Part shown: in pieces, positions 50,120 through 60,558 of the stretch
How the letters are laid out: each line of letters starts with the position of its first letter
Position numbering within the stretch: position 1 is the stretch's first letter
Origin: Actinomycetota bacterium
Lineage (GTDB): Bacteria > Actinomycetota > CADDZG01 > WHSQ01
Direction of reading: 5' to 3'
Length of the DNA: 64,000 bases
NCBI GenBank assembly: GCA_030447315.1
Contig: JAUJPD010000005.1
Location: 95,140 to 159,139 of the forward strand
Translations under genes and position numbers: made by a program
The notes under the pieces: generated by a model
The model's database searches: none
Seen by the model: the letters and a program-made list of their open reading frames with translations, nothing else
What the model was told of the DNA's origin: nothing

Positions 50120-50911
50120 GTGGGGCAACGGCTTCTAGAGGCGGGCGAGCGGGTGTTGCTGATCGATCCGAAGGAGCGCAGGTATCTGATCTCCCTGGGG
50201 ACGGGCAAACAGTTCCACTCCCACCTGGGGATCGTCGAGCACGATCAGCTGATCGGGGCCCCCGAGGGTTCCAGGGTCCGAACGACCGGTGGTTCGCAAC
50301 TGCTCGTTCTCCGCCCGACCCTGGCCGAATACACGCTCAAGATGAAGCGCGGGGCACAGGTCATCTATCCGAAAGACGTGGGCTTGATCTTGGTCTACGC
50401 CGACATCTTCGAGGGAGCTACCGTGGTCGAAGCCGGCAGCGGCTCTGGCTCGCTGACCCTTGCTCTGGCCCGAGCGGTCGGCGAGCACGGTCGAGTCATC
50501 TCTTACGAGCTTCGCGAGGATCATCACGAGCGAGCGGTGGAAAACGTGAACGCTTGGTACGAAGGCCGCGGTAGGAAACCCACCAACGTCGAGCTGCGTC
50601 TCGGGGACGTGTTCGACGGCATCCCCGAAGAGGTGGTGGACCGGATCGTCTTGGACATGCCGGAGCCGTGGAGAGCGGTCGGCCCGTCGACGGAACCGCT
50701 CGCCGGCGGCGGCATCCTGTGTTGTTATCTGCCGACGGTGCCGCAGGTTGTTCACACGGTGGAGGCGCTACGACGCGACGGTTTCGGGTTCATCGACACC
50801 CTCGAAGGTCTGGTTCGAACCTGGAACATCGACGGGCAATCCGTCCGTCCTGACCACCGGATGGTGGCTCACACCGGGTTCATCATCACGGCAAGAAAGC
50901 TCGCGGATTAG
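50120..50911 (+). CDS. trmI: tRNA (adenine58-N1)-methyltransferase
   Basis: N-terminal beta domain (VLLIDPKERRYL), SAM motif VVEAGSGSGSLTLALA, DMPEPW. The start is chosen at the GTG just after the ttuA stop. Confidence 0.85.
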   Translation: MGQRLLEAGERVLLIDPKERRYLISLGTGKQFHSHLGIVEHDQLIGAPEGSRVRTTGGSQLLVLRPTLAEYTLKMKRGAQVIYPKDVGLILVYADIFEGATVVEAGSGSGSLTLALARAVGEHGRVISYELREDHHERAVENVNAWYEGRGRKPTNVELRLGDVFDGIPEEVVDRIVLDMPEPWRAVGPSTEPLAGGGILCCYLPTVPQVVHTVEALRRDGFGFIDTLEGLVRTWNIDGQSVRPDHRMVAHTGFIITARKLAD

Positions 50912-50943
50912 CCCTTCTGCGGAGTAGGCTCTGGCGCTAGGAG

Positions 50944-52709
50944 GTGGTCGTGGTCCACGATAACGAGCTCGAACGCCGGATCTCCGAATACGACCGCGAG
51001 GTTCAGGAGCTCCAAGGGCAGGTAAAGCTGCTGGAGGACGAGCTCGCTCTGACGCGCCGGAAGCTCGAGGCCGCGCCCCGACAGATCCACTTGCTGGAGA
51101 AGCGCCTGGCAGAGACCAGCGCCGAGCTGACCAAGACCCGCGACAACAACTCCAAGCTGGCGGACACCCTGCGCGAGGCCCGGGACCAGCTCGTTGCCCT
51201 GAAGGAAGAGGTCGACAAGCTGTCGCAGCCACCTTCTGGTTACGGCATCTTCCTGGAGACCTATGACGACTCCACCGCCGACGTCTTCGCCAATGGGCGC
51301 AAGCTACGCGTCAATGTCGCGCCGGAGGTGGACCTGGAGAAGGTCTCGCGCGGCCAAGAGGTCATCCTCAACGAGGCCCTGAACGTGATCGACGTCTGTG
51401 ACTTCGAGATCCAGGGCGAGGTGGTCATCCTCAAAGAGGTGCTGGAGGGGGGCAACCGCGCGCTGGTGCTGGGACGTACGGACGAGGAGCGCGTCGTCGA
51501 GCTGGCGAGCCCGTTGCTCGAGGAGAAACTGCGGGCGGGAGACACTCTGCTGCTCGAGCCCAAGTCCGGCCACGTGCTCGAGAAGCTCCCCAAGCCCGAG
51601 GTCGAGGAGCTGATCCTCGAAGAGGTGCCGGATATCTCTTACGACGACATCGGTGGACTAGACGAGCAGATCGACGAGATCAGGGACGCGGTCGAGCTTC
51701 CCTTCCTCCACAAAGACCTGTTCGCCGAGCACGAGCTCGAGCCGCCGAAGGGGATCTTGTTGTATGGGCCGCCTGGGTGTGGCAAGACGCTCGTGGCCAA
51801 AGCGGTTGCCAATTCGCTGGCGAAACAGATCGCGGCCAAGCTCGGCCACAAGACCCATCGCTCCTACTTCCTGAACATCAAAGGTCCCGAGTTGCTGAAC
51901 AAGTACGTGGGCGAGACCGAGCGCCAGATACGCATGATCTTCCAACGGGCCAAAGAGAAGTCAGAGGAGGGCGTGCCGATCATCGTCTTCTTCGACGAGA
52001 TGGATTCTCTGTTCCGGACCCGCGGCTCGGGCATCTCCAGCGACATGGAAGCAACGATCGTCCCGCAGCTGCTTGCAGAGATCGACGGCGTAGAGACCCT
52101 GAAGAACGTGATCGTGATCGGGGCCTCCAACCGCGAGGACCTGATCGATCCCGCGATCCTTCGCCCGGGCGTCTCGACGTGAAGATCAAGATCGAGCGAC
52201 CGGACGAGAGATCGGCGCGGCAGATCTTCTCGAAGTACCTGAACACCCGTCTTCCGCTGGCCGAGGAGGAGGTGACCCGAGCAGGGTCGCCGGAGGCCGC
52301 GGTCGAGTCCATCATCACCTCCACGGTCGAAAAGATGTACTCGACCGACGATGACAACCGTTTCCTCGAGGTCACGTACGCGAACGGCGAGAAAGAGGAG
52401 CTCTATTTCAAGGACTTCTCTTCGGGCGCCATGATCGAGAACATCGTTCGGCGCGCGAAGAAGACGGCTATCAAGCGCGCCATCGCGGGAGAGCCCAAGG
52501 GCATCTCGGAGCAGGATCTGATCGCGGCGATCCATCAGGAGTACAAGGAGAACCAGGACCTCCCCAACACGACCAACCCCGACGACTGGGCGAGGATCTC
52601 GGGCAAGAAAGGCGAGAGGATCGTCTACATCCGGACGCTGGTCGGCGAGAACAAAGAGGGGGACGGCGGACGTCAGGTCGAGCGGGTCCAGACCGGGCAG
52701 TACCTGTAG
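50944..52709 (+). pseudogene. mpa: proteasome-associated AAA+ ATPase Mpa/ARC, one frame change near 52166-52170
   Basis: AGGAGG then GTG. N-terminal coiled coil, OB domains, Walker [14 protein letters not shown] continues after a 1-nt shift as [14 protein letters not shown]-terminal ..TGQYL. Confidence 0.92.
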
Positions 52710-52727
52710 TCCACGTACCCTTCGAGG

Positions 52728-54209
52728 ATGGCGATACCCAAGATCTGCGGCATCGAGACCGAATATGGCATCTCGGTTCGAGGCAGCGTCGACTTCAATC
52801 CCATCCTCACCTCGTCTCTGCTGATCAATGCATACGCGAAGCCGGCCTTCAGGCGCGTGCGCTGGGACTATGAGGAGGAGAACCCGCTGCGCGACGCACG
52901 CGGGTTCGAAAGGTCACAGCCGGACGTAGTCGCCGAGGACGAGTCGGGCCTCGTGAACATCATCCTGCCGAATGGCTCGCGTTATTACGTCGACCATGCC
53001 CACCCGGAATACTCGAGCCCGGAGTGCTCCAACGCTCGCGACGCGGTCATCTGGGACAAGGCCGGAGAGCGGATCCTGGAGGAGTCGGTCGCGGCCGCTA
53101 TGCCTCTGCTGCGGGAAGGTGAGCGGGTCTTCATCTACAAGAACAACTCCGACGGAAAAGGTAACTCGTATGGAACGCACGAGAACTATCTCGTTAACCG
53201 ACAAACCCCGTTCCCGCAGCTCGTCAAGCACCTGACTCCTTTCTTCGTCACACGTCAGGTGTTCACGGGGGCCGGGAAAGTGGGGGCCGAGAACGGCGCC
53301 GAGGATGTGGACTACCAGATCTCGCAGCGCGCCGACTTCTTCGAGGTCGAGGTGGGTCTGGAGACGACCTTCAAGCGGCCGATCATCAACACGCGCGATG
53401 AGCCTCACGCCGACCCGGAGCAGTACCGGCGTCTCCACGTCATCGTGGGTGACGCGAATATGGCGGAGCTATCCACCTACCTCAAGATCGGAACCACGGC
53501 CCTCGTGCTGCGGATGATCGAAGACGACTTCATCTCCGAAGAGCTCTCCCTCGCGCAGCCGGTGCGCTCGATGAGAACCGTCTCTCATGATCCGGGCTGT
53601 CGCGCCACCCTCGAGCTCAGCGACGGGCGCGAGATGACCGCCATCGAGATGCAGTGGGAATACCTCAAGCTGGGCAAGAAGTACGCCCAAGACAACGAAA
53701 CCGACACCGGCACGAGCGAGGTCCTGGAGCGATGGGAGGCGGTCCTCGAAGCGTTGGAGGCGGACCCTATGTCGCTGGCGACTCAGCTCGACTGGGTGGC
53801 GAAGCTGAAGTTGCTAGAGGCCTATCGGGAGCGAGACGGGCTCGCGTGGGACCACTCGAAGCTCAAGCTGATAGACCTCCAGTACCACGATGTTCAGCGA
53901 GGCAAGGGCCTCTACTGGAAGCTGGCCGAAGCAGGCAAGATCGAACGCTTGGTACTCGAGGAAGAGATCGCCTTCGCGATCGATCATCCGCCCGAGGACA
54001 CGCGGGCTTACTTCCGAGGGGAATGCTTGCGCCGGTTCTCAGATTCGATAGTCGCGGCCTCATGGGATGCGCTGATCTTCGACTCGGGTGACGAGCCGCT
54101 GCGCAAAGTGCCGACCATGGAGCCTGCGCGCGGCACCAAGGCCCACGTTCAGGCGCTGCTGGATGCGAGTCCGGACGTGTCCTCGTTGCTCGCGAATCTG
54201 AGCTCCTAG
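52728..54209 (+). CDS. dop: Pup deamidase/depupylase Dop
   Basis: ICGIETEYGIS..RWDYEEENPLRDARGF..HENY. Position between mpa and pup. Confidence 0.9.
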   Translation: MAIPKICGIETEYGISVRGSVDFNPILTSSLLINAYAKPAFRRVRWDYEEENPLRDARGFERSQPDVVAEDESGLVNIILPNGSRYYVDHAHPEYSSPECSNARDAVIWDKAGERILEESVAAAMPLLREGERVFIYKNNSDGKGNSYGTHENYLVNRQTPFPQLVKHLTPFFVTRQVFTGAGKVGAENGAEDVDYQISQRADFFEVEVGLETTFKRPIINTRDEPHADPEQYRRLHVIVGDANMAELSTYLKIGTTALVLRMIEDDFISEELSLAQPVRSMRTVSHDPGCRATLELSDGREMTAIEMQWEYLKLGKKYAQDNETDTGTSEVLERWEAVLEALEADPMSLATQLDWVAKLKLLEAYRERDGLAWDHSKLKLIDLQYHDVQRGKGLYWKLAEAGKIERLVLEEEIAFAIDHPPEDTRAYFRGECLRRFSDSIVAASWDALIFDSGDEPLRKVPTMEPARGTKAHVQALLDASPDVSSLLANLSS

Positions 54210-54246
54210 TCAGCGGCCGCTCCTATACCGGTAGTAGGATCGGGCC

Positions 54247-54429
54247 ATGTCAGACCAGACGCGCAAGCCCCGGCCGAAGAAAGAAGAGGAAGCCTCTGAG
54301 GCGTCCGAGACCACCTCGACTGAGGAGAAGGACGAAGAGCTAGAAGACCTTCTCGACGAGATCGACGAGGTGCTGGAGGTCAACGCAGAGGACTTCGTAC
54401 GCGGCTTCGTACAGAAGGGCGGCGAATAG
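54247..54429 (+). CDS. pup: prokaryotic ubiquitin-like protein Pup (ends in GGE)
   Basis: 60 aa, acidic, ..LDEIDEVLEVNAEDFVRGFVQKGGE. Confidence 0.92.
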   Translation: MSDQTRKPRPKKEEEASEASETTSTEEKDEELEDLLDEIDEVLEVNAEDFVRGFVQKGGE

Positions 54430-54452
54430 GGCCGCGTCGCGCCTCAGTTATC

Positions 54453-55334
54453 TTGAGCGCCATGGATCCCATGGACACGTCGGGCGGCCGTCGCGCTGGT
54501 GACATCTTGCGGATGCCGGTGTACGGCCCCGGTTCGTCGTTCACCGATCTCCTGAAGACGGCGGCACCCGACCACCTTCCCGCCACGAAGCTCGATGGCC
54601 CCATCCACGCCCCCGAGGGCACGACCGTTCTCGCGGTCCGATTCTCCGACGGCGTCATCGTGGCGGGTGACCGCAGGGCGACCGAGGGCTTCCAGATCGC
54701 TCACCGCTCGATAGAGAAGGTATTCGCGGCCGATGACATGAGCGCGGTTGCGATCGCGGGTGCGGCCGGGCCGGCCGTCGAGATGGTCCGCTTGTTCCAG
54801 ACCGAGCTCGAGTACTACGAGAAGGTAGAGGGCGAGCGCCTCACTCTGGAGGGGAAGGCCAACAAGCTCTCACAGATGATCAGGGCGAATCTCCCGGCCG
54901 CGATGCAGGGCCTCGCCGTGGTTCCTCTCTTCGCGGGTTACGACGAGGGGCGGCGGCTTGGACGCATCTTCAAGTACGACATCACCGGCGGCCGCTACGA
55001 AGAGGACGACTATCACGCCACTGGCTCCGGCGGTAAAGACGCTCGGTCATCGCTCAAGAAGCGCTTCAAGGAAGGACTCACGCGCGCTGAATGCGTCAAG
55101 GTGGCGATCGAGGCTCTCTTCGACGCCGCCGACGAGGACGTGGGGACCGGCGGGCCCGACCTGATGCGCGGGATCTTCCCGACCATGGTCGCGATCAGTG
55201 GCGAGGGCTCCGTGGAGATCGCCGAAGACGAGATCAAAGACCTGTTCGAGGAGCTCATCGGCGAGCGCAGAGAGTCCATGTTGCTGCCCGACACCCACGC
55301 GGTGGACGTGCGGCGAGCGAAGCCGGAGAAGTAG
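54453..55334 (+). CDS. prcB: 20S proteasome beta subunit
   Basis: Propeptide followed by the Thr1 site APEG-TTVLAVRF..GDRRAT. Start uncertain (TTG 54453 or ATG 54462). Confidence 0.92.
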   Translation: MSAMDPMDTSGGRRAGDILRMPVYGPGSSFTDLLKTAAPDHLPATKLDGPIHAPEGTTVLAVRFSDGVIVAGDRRATEGFQIAHRSIEKVFAADDMSAVAIAGAAGPAVEMVRLFQTELEYYEKVEGERLTLEGKANKLSQMIRANLPAAMQGLAVVPLFAGYDEGRRLGRIFKYDITGGRYEEDDYHATGSGGKDARSSLKKRFKEGLTRAECVKVAIEALFDAADEDVGTGGPDLMRGIFPTMVAISGEGSVEIAEDEIKDLFEELIGERRESMLLPDTHAVDVRRAKPEK

Positions 55335-56018
55335 ATGGCCAACCCGTACTACGTCTCGCCCGAGCAGCTCATGAAAGACAAGGCCGATTACGCCCGCAAG
55401 GGCATCGCGAGGGGCCGCTCCGTGATCGTCCTGGAATACGCCGACGGCATCATCTTCATCGCAGAGAATCCGTCGGCCACCCTGCATAAGGTCTCTGAGA
55501 TCTACGACCGCATCGCGTTCGCGGGCGTCGGGAAGTTCAACGAGTTCGAACAGCTTCGCATCGGCGGTATCCGGTTGTCCGAGATGAAGGGTTACTCGTA
55601 CTCGCGTGAAGACGTCACGGCCAAGGCGCTGGCGAACGCCTACTCACAGAGCCTCGGGAACATCTTCACGGCCGAGATGAAGCCCTACGAGTGCGAGATC
55701 CTGGTCGCCGCCGTGGGGGAGACATCCGAGGCCAACGAGCTCTTCCACATCCTGTTCGACGGGTCCGTGAGCGACCGTCAAGGCTGGGTCGCTATGGGCG
55801 GACAGGCCGATGCCTTGGGCGCCTATCTGAAGGACAAGTACCCCAATAAGCTTCCGGCTCTCAAGGCGGCCGTACAGCTGGGCGACGATGCGCTCCGCAA
55901 CGTCGAAGCTCGTGACATGCCGGCCGAACACCTCGAGGTGGCGGTCCTGGATCGCAACCGCCCTCGTCGGAAGTTCCGTCGCTTGTCGAACCAGGAGCTC
56001 GTGACGATCCTGAAGTAG
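55335..56018 (+). CDS. prcA: 20S proteasome alpha subunit
   Basis: PYYVSPEQLMKDKADYARKGIARGRS..; follows prcB directly. Confidence 0.92.
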   Translation: MANPYYVSPEQLMKDKADYARKGIARGRSVIVLEYADGIIFIAENPSATLHKVSEIYDRIAFAGVGKFNEFEQLRIGGIRLSEMKGYSYSREDVTAKALANAYSQSLGNIFTAEMKPYECEILVAAVGETSEANELFHILFDGSVSDRQGWVAMGGQADALGAYLKDKYPNKLPALKAAVQLGDDALRNVEARDMPAEHLEVAVLDRNRPRRKFRRLSNQELVTILK

Positions 56019-56069
56019 CGCGGCTCCGAAATGCTCAGCGTGATCCCCCGTCGCGTGGACAATGGGCGG

Positions 56070-57425
56070 ATGGAACGACGGATCTTCGGGACCGAGAACG
56101 AGTACGGGGTCACCTGCACCTTCCGCGGCCAGCGACGCCTGTCTCCCGACGAGGTGGCCCGCTACCTCTTCCGCCGGGTCGTGTCCTGGGGTCGTTCCTC
56201 TAACGTCTTCCTCGAGAACGGTGCCCGCCTCTACCTGGATGTCGGCTCGCACCCGGAATACGCCACGCCCGAGTGCGACACGGTCTACGACCTGGTCGTG
56301 CACGACAAAGCCGGCGAGCGCATCCTCGAAGGTCTCTTGAAAGCGGCCGAGGCCAGGTTGCGAGAAGAGGGGATCTCGGGCGACATCTATCTGTTCAAGA
56401 ACAACACGGACTCGGCGGGGAACTCCTACGGCAGCCACGAGAACTACCTCGTGTCCCGCTATGGTGAGTTCGGCCGTCTGGCCGAGGTCATGATCCCGTT
56501 CTTCGTCACCCGCCAGATCTTCGCCGGCGCAGGCAAGGTCCTTCAGACCGCCCGTGGCGCCCTCTTCTGCATCTCGCAGCGGGCAGAGCACATCTGGGAA
56601 GGCGTGTCCTCGGCCACCACGCGATCTCGCCCCATCATCAACACGCGCGACGAACCGCACGCGGACGCAGAGAAGTACCGGCGTCTCCACGTCATCGTCG
56701 GTGACTCCAACATGAACGAGTGGGCGTCGTACCTGAAGGTGGGGAGCACGGCCCTCTTGCTCCGCATGTTGGAAGAGGGGGTCCAGATCCGGGACATGAC
56801 GTTAGAGAATCCGATCCGCGCGATCCGCGAGATCTCCCACGACACCACCTGTCGCAGGCGCGTGCGCCTCGCCAACGGACGCGAGGCCTCAGCGCTCGAC
56901 CTGCAGAAGGAGTATCTGGAGAAGGCGTTGCGGTGGGTCGAACAACGGGACGACCACGTCCTGAAGACCATCGCCGGCATGTGGGAGCACGCGCTCCACT
57001 GCCTGGAGCACGACCAGGATGGCCTCGAGCGTCAGGTGGACTGGATCGCGAAGCGCAAGCTGGTCGAGAGCTATCGCGCCCGGCAGAAGAACATGTCTCT
57101 GGCCCATCCGCGCGTCGCGTTGATGGACCTCGCATATCACGACGTCAACCGGAAACGCGGGCTCTACTACCTGCTCGAGCGCCGCGGGATGGCCGAGCGG
57201 ATCTGCGACGAGGCCGACATCGAGCTCGCGACGCAAGAGCCACCGCAGACGACACGAGCGAAGCTGCGCGGCGAGTTCATCCGGGCGGCCAAACGGAAAC
57301 GGAGAGACTTCACGGTCGACTGGGTTCATCTCAAACTGAACGATCAAGCTCAGCGGACGGTGCTTTGTAAAGACCCCTTCCGCTCCGTCGACGAACGGGT
57401 CTCGAAGCTGATCGCGTCTCTCTGA
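56070..57425 (+). CDS. pafA: Pup-protein ligase PafA
   Basis: [70 protein letters not shown] closely matches PafA as I recall it. Confidence 0.92.
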   Translation: MERRIFGTENEYGVTCTFRGQRRLSPDEVARYLFRRVVSWGRSSNVFLENGARLYLDVGSHPEYATPECDTVYDLVVHDKAGERILEGLLKAAEARLREEGISGDIYLFKNNTDSAGNSYGSHENYLVSRYGEFGRLAEVMIPFFVTRQIFAGAGKVLQTARGALFCISQRAEHIWEGVSSATTRSRPIINTRDEPHADAEKYRRLHVIVGDSNMNEWASYLKVGSTALLLRMLEEGVQIRDMTLENPIRAIREISHDTTCRRRVRLANGREASALDLQKEYLEKALRWVEQRDDHVLKTIAGMWEHALHCLEHDQDGLERQVDWIAKRKLVESYRARQKNMSLAHPRVALMDLAYHDVNRKRGLYYLLERRGMAERICDEADIELATQEPPQTTRAKLRGEFIRAAKRKRRDFTVDWVHLKLNDQAQRTVLCKDPFRSVDERVSKLIASL

Positions 57426-58505
57426 TGGCCGCCTTTCGACGGGGCGAGATCGTGTCGTTCCTGGAGAGAACCGACGTGTTGGTGCGCGCGCTGGTGCAGA
57501 CGGCCGACGGAGAGGTGGAAGCCGTCGGCTACCCGCACATGCTCGGCCCCCTGCGCGAGGGCAGCCGGGTCGTGATCAATACCACTGGCATCGCCCTCGG
57601 TCTCGGCACCGGAGGCGTCGCATTCATCCTGTGTGCTCTCGACGGGCCCGTGCCCCCGGACGATCTGACGGGTCACATCGTGAAGCTCCGCTACTCGCCG
57701 TGGCAGACCAACGTCATGGCGGCCGAGGCGCCGGAGAGCCCTCACCACGGGGTCCTGTTGGAGAGGACCTCGCTGAACGCCACTCCCGTGGTCACCTGCG
57801 GCCTTCACTCGCAGGCTCCGGCGGCCGCGGCCGGCATCAAAGCCGCCCACCCGGGTGCGAAGGTTGGCTACCTCATGACCGACGGGGGGGCCCTCCCTCT
57901 TGCCTTCAGCCGTTTGGTCCGTCAGATGACCGCCTCGGAGGTGGTGGACGTCACCTGCACGAGCGGTCACGCCTTCGGTGGCGACCTCGAAGCCGTCAAC
58001 GTCTTCAGCGCCTTGCTTGCCCTCAGCGCGGCAGCAGCGTGCGATGCGATCGTCGTCGCGCCCGGCCCCGGCGTCGTCGGGACCGCGACCCCGTTCGGTC
58101 ACTCCGGAATGGAGCAGGGCCAGGTGTCGGACGCGGCTGCCTCGCTGGGAGGTCGCCCCATCGCCTCGCTCAGGATCTCCTTCGATGACCGACGGGAGCG
58201 TCATCGAGGCATAAGCCATCACTCGGTGGCGGCACTGGGGACCGCAGCCCGAGAACGGGCCGTGGTAGCGGTTCCCAAGCTTGCGCCCGCTCACTCTCGC
58301 GAGGTGGCGCGGCAACTGGAGGGCTCTCCGATCTGCGCGCCATGAGGTCCTCGTTGCCGACGGCCGCCCCGGTCTGCGCCTCCTGCGGGAGAGGGATCTG
58401 GATCCAACCTCGATGGGACGCTCGATGACCGCAGCTCCCGAGCTGTGGCTGGCGGCAGCCGCCGCGGGCGCGCTGGCAGGAGAGGCGCTGGAAGACCACG
58501 GGTAG
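57425..58505 (+). pseudogene. DUF3866-family protein, one frame change near 58320-58340
   Basis: Stop/start overlap (TGATG) with pafA. HIVKLRYSPWQTNV.. core. The C-terminus HEVLVADG..DPTSMGRSMTAAPELWLAAAAAGALA lies in the next frame. Confidence 0.65.
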
Positions 58506-58514
58506 TCTCGAACG

Positions 58515-59462
58515 ATGCGGCGGATAGAGCGGCTCATCAACCTGATCGCGGCCCTCCTCGACGGGCGACGCCCTCTCACCGCCGCCGAGATCCGGGAGCG
58601 GATCGCCGGCTACGAGACCGACAACGTCGAGGCCCTTCCGGCGCTCGTTCGAACGAGATAAGGCCGAGCTGAGGGAGATGGGGATCCCCATCGAGACCGT
58701 CAAAGACGAAGAGGACAACGACGCCTACACGATCCCGCCCGACAAGTACTACATGCCCGATCTCGACCTGCAACCCGACGAGCTCGCCGCGCTCAAGCTG
58801 GCCGCCGGCGCGGTGCTGGGGGCCGGGGACCAGGCCGACGCCGGACTGCGCAAGCTATCCGTCGATGCCGCCGAGGGACAGATGTCTGCTCCGCAGGTGG
58901 TGTGGAGTGCCGACGTGGCCGCGGAGCAACCGCTGCTCGGCCCTCTGCTCGCGGGCCTGATGGAAAAGAACCTGTTGGCGTTCGGCTACGAGAGCGGAGA
59001 CGGCCAGAGAAGCAGCCGCCGTCTCGAGCCCTACAGCCTCGTGCACCGCCGGGGGAACTGGTACCTCCTCGGTCGCGATCTCGATGCGCCGCGGTTAGAT
59101 CTTTCAAGGTCTCCCGGATCATCGCGCCCATCACTCCCCAAGAGGGCCGGTACGAGGTGCCCGCGGACTTCGACCTCGAGGCCCACATCGGCGTCGAGCC
59201 CTGGGAGCTCGGCGACGGCGAGCACTCGACCGCTCGGATCCGTTTCGACCCTTCGGTGGCGTGGTGGCCCCAGCAGAACATGCCGGACCTCGTCGCAACC
59301 GAGCAGCCCGACGGCGCGGTCGAGATCCAGATGCCGGTGGCGAACCTCGATGCGCTGATCGCGTGGGCGATCGGCTTCGGCGATCGCGTCGAGGTGCTCG
59401 AGCCCGAGGCCGCTCGGCGCCGGATGGTCGAGCACCTGGCTCCCTTCCAGGGCTCGGTCTAG
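58515..59462 (+). pseudogene. pafB: WYL-domain transcriptional regulator PafB, two frame changes (about 58633 and about 59090)
   Basis: MRRIERLINLIAALL (HTH); FRRSFERDKAELREMGIPIETV in the next frame; GNWYLLGRDLD; then RSFKVSRI.. in a third frame. Confidence 0.8.
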
Positions 59463-60456
59463 TTGAGCGAGAACGCGGGACGTCTGGGTCGGCGTCTCAG
59501 CCGGATCCTGTTGCTTCTCCCGTATGCGATCCAGCACCCCGGGACGACCGTAGGCGAGCTGTCGCGCAAGTTCGACATCCCCAAGAACGAGCTGATCAAC
59601 GACCTGCATCTGGTCTTCCTCTGCGGGCTTCCCGGCTACGGCCCGGGCGACCTGATCGACGTGGACTTCCAGGAGGACCGGATCTTCATCCGCATGGCGG
59701 ATTACTTTGCGGCGCCGTTGCGCCTCACGCCCGCAGAAGGACTCGCCCTGTATGCAGGCGGAGAGGCGATCGCCGCGTTGCCGGACCTGGCGCAGGCCGA
59801 TTCTCTACGGCGTGCGCTGGGAAAGCTCGGGCGCGCTGGGGGCCGGGCCGAACGACGAAGACGGGGCCGCCATCGAGGTCAGGTTCGATCGCAGCCCCGG
59901 CGACCACCTCGGCGCGCTCCAGAGAGCTCTGACCGAGCACAAGCAGGTCCGGATCGAGTACCTGTCGAGCTCCAAGAACGAGCTGACCACTAGGAAGATC
60001 GACCCGAGGGGTCTGGTGGCAACGCTCGGTCGCTGGTACATCGTGGGGCTCGACCACAACAGCGACGAGGAGCGCATGTTCCGCGTCGATCGCATCAAGT
60101 CGGCGGTGGTCACCGAGGACGACGCGCCGGTTCCTCTCGGTTTCGATGCCGAGCGCTACAAGGGTGCCTTCGTTGGGCACGAGGGCCAGGCAACTGTGAC
60201 CATGGAGATCTCACCTGAGACCGCACGCTGGTTCGAGGACTACTACCCGGTCAAGACGGCGCGCGATCTTTCCGATGGCTGGCGCGAGGTCGAGCTCTAT
60301 TCCAGCAGCGACACCTGGGCCGCGACGCTGGTGCTGCGCCTGGGCGCCCAGGTGCGGGAGGTTTCACCTTCTTCTGTGATGGAGGCGCGCGGACGCTCGC
60401 TACGTCGTTGGGGCCCGTTACAGCTGAGGGGCGAGGGGGCCGCCTCTCCCGCTTAA
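59463..60456 (+). pseudogene. pafC: WYL-domain transcriptional regulator PafC, one frame change at the G-run 59838-59842
   Basis: LSRILLLLPYAIQHPGTTVGELSRKF.. (HTH); after the shift ..VRIEYLSSSKNELTTRKIDPRGLVATLGRWYIVGLDHNSDEERMFRVDRI (WYL). Confidence 0.8.
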
Positions 60457-60558
60457 CCTCAAGCCGGCGCTGCTGGCGCTGCCACCAAGCCAAGACAGCG
60501 CGGGATCGGCGCGCCGGGCTGCTCAAAGCCTCTGAACCCTGACGCAGAAGATGTCTCG

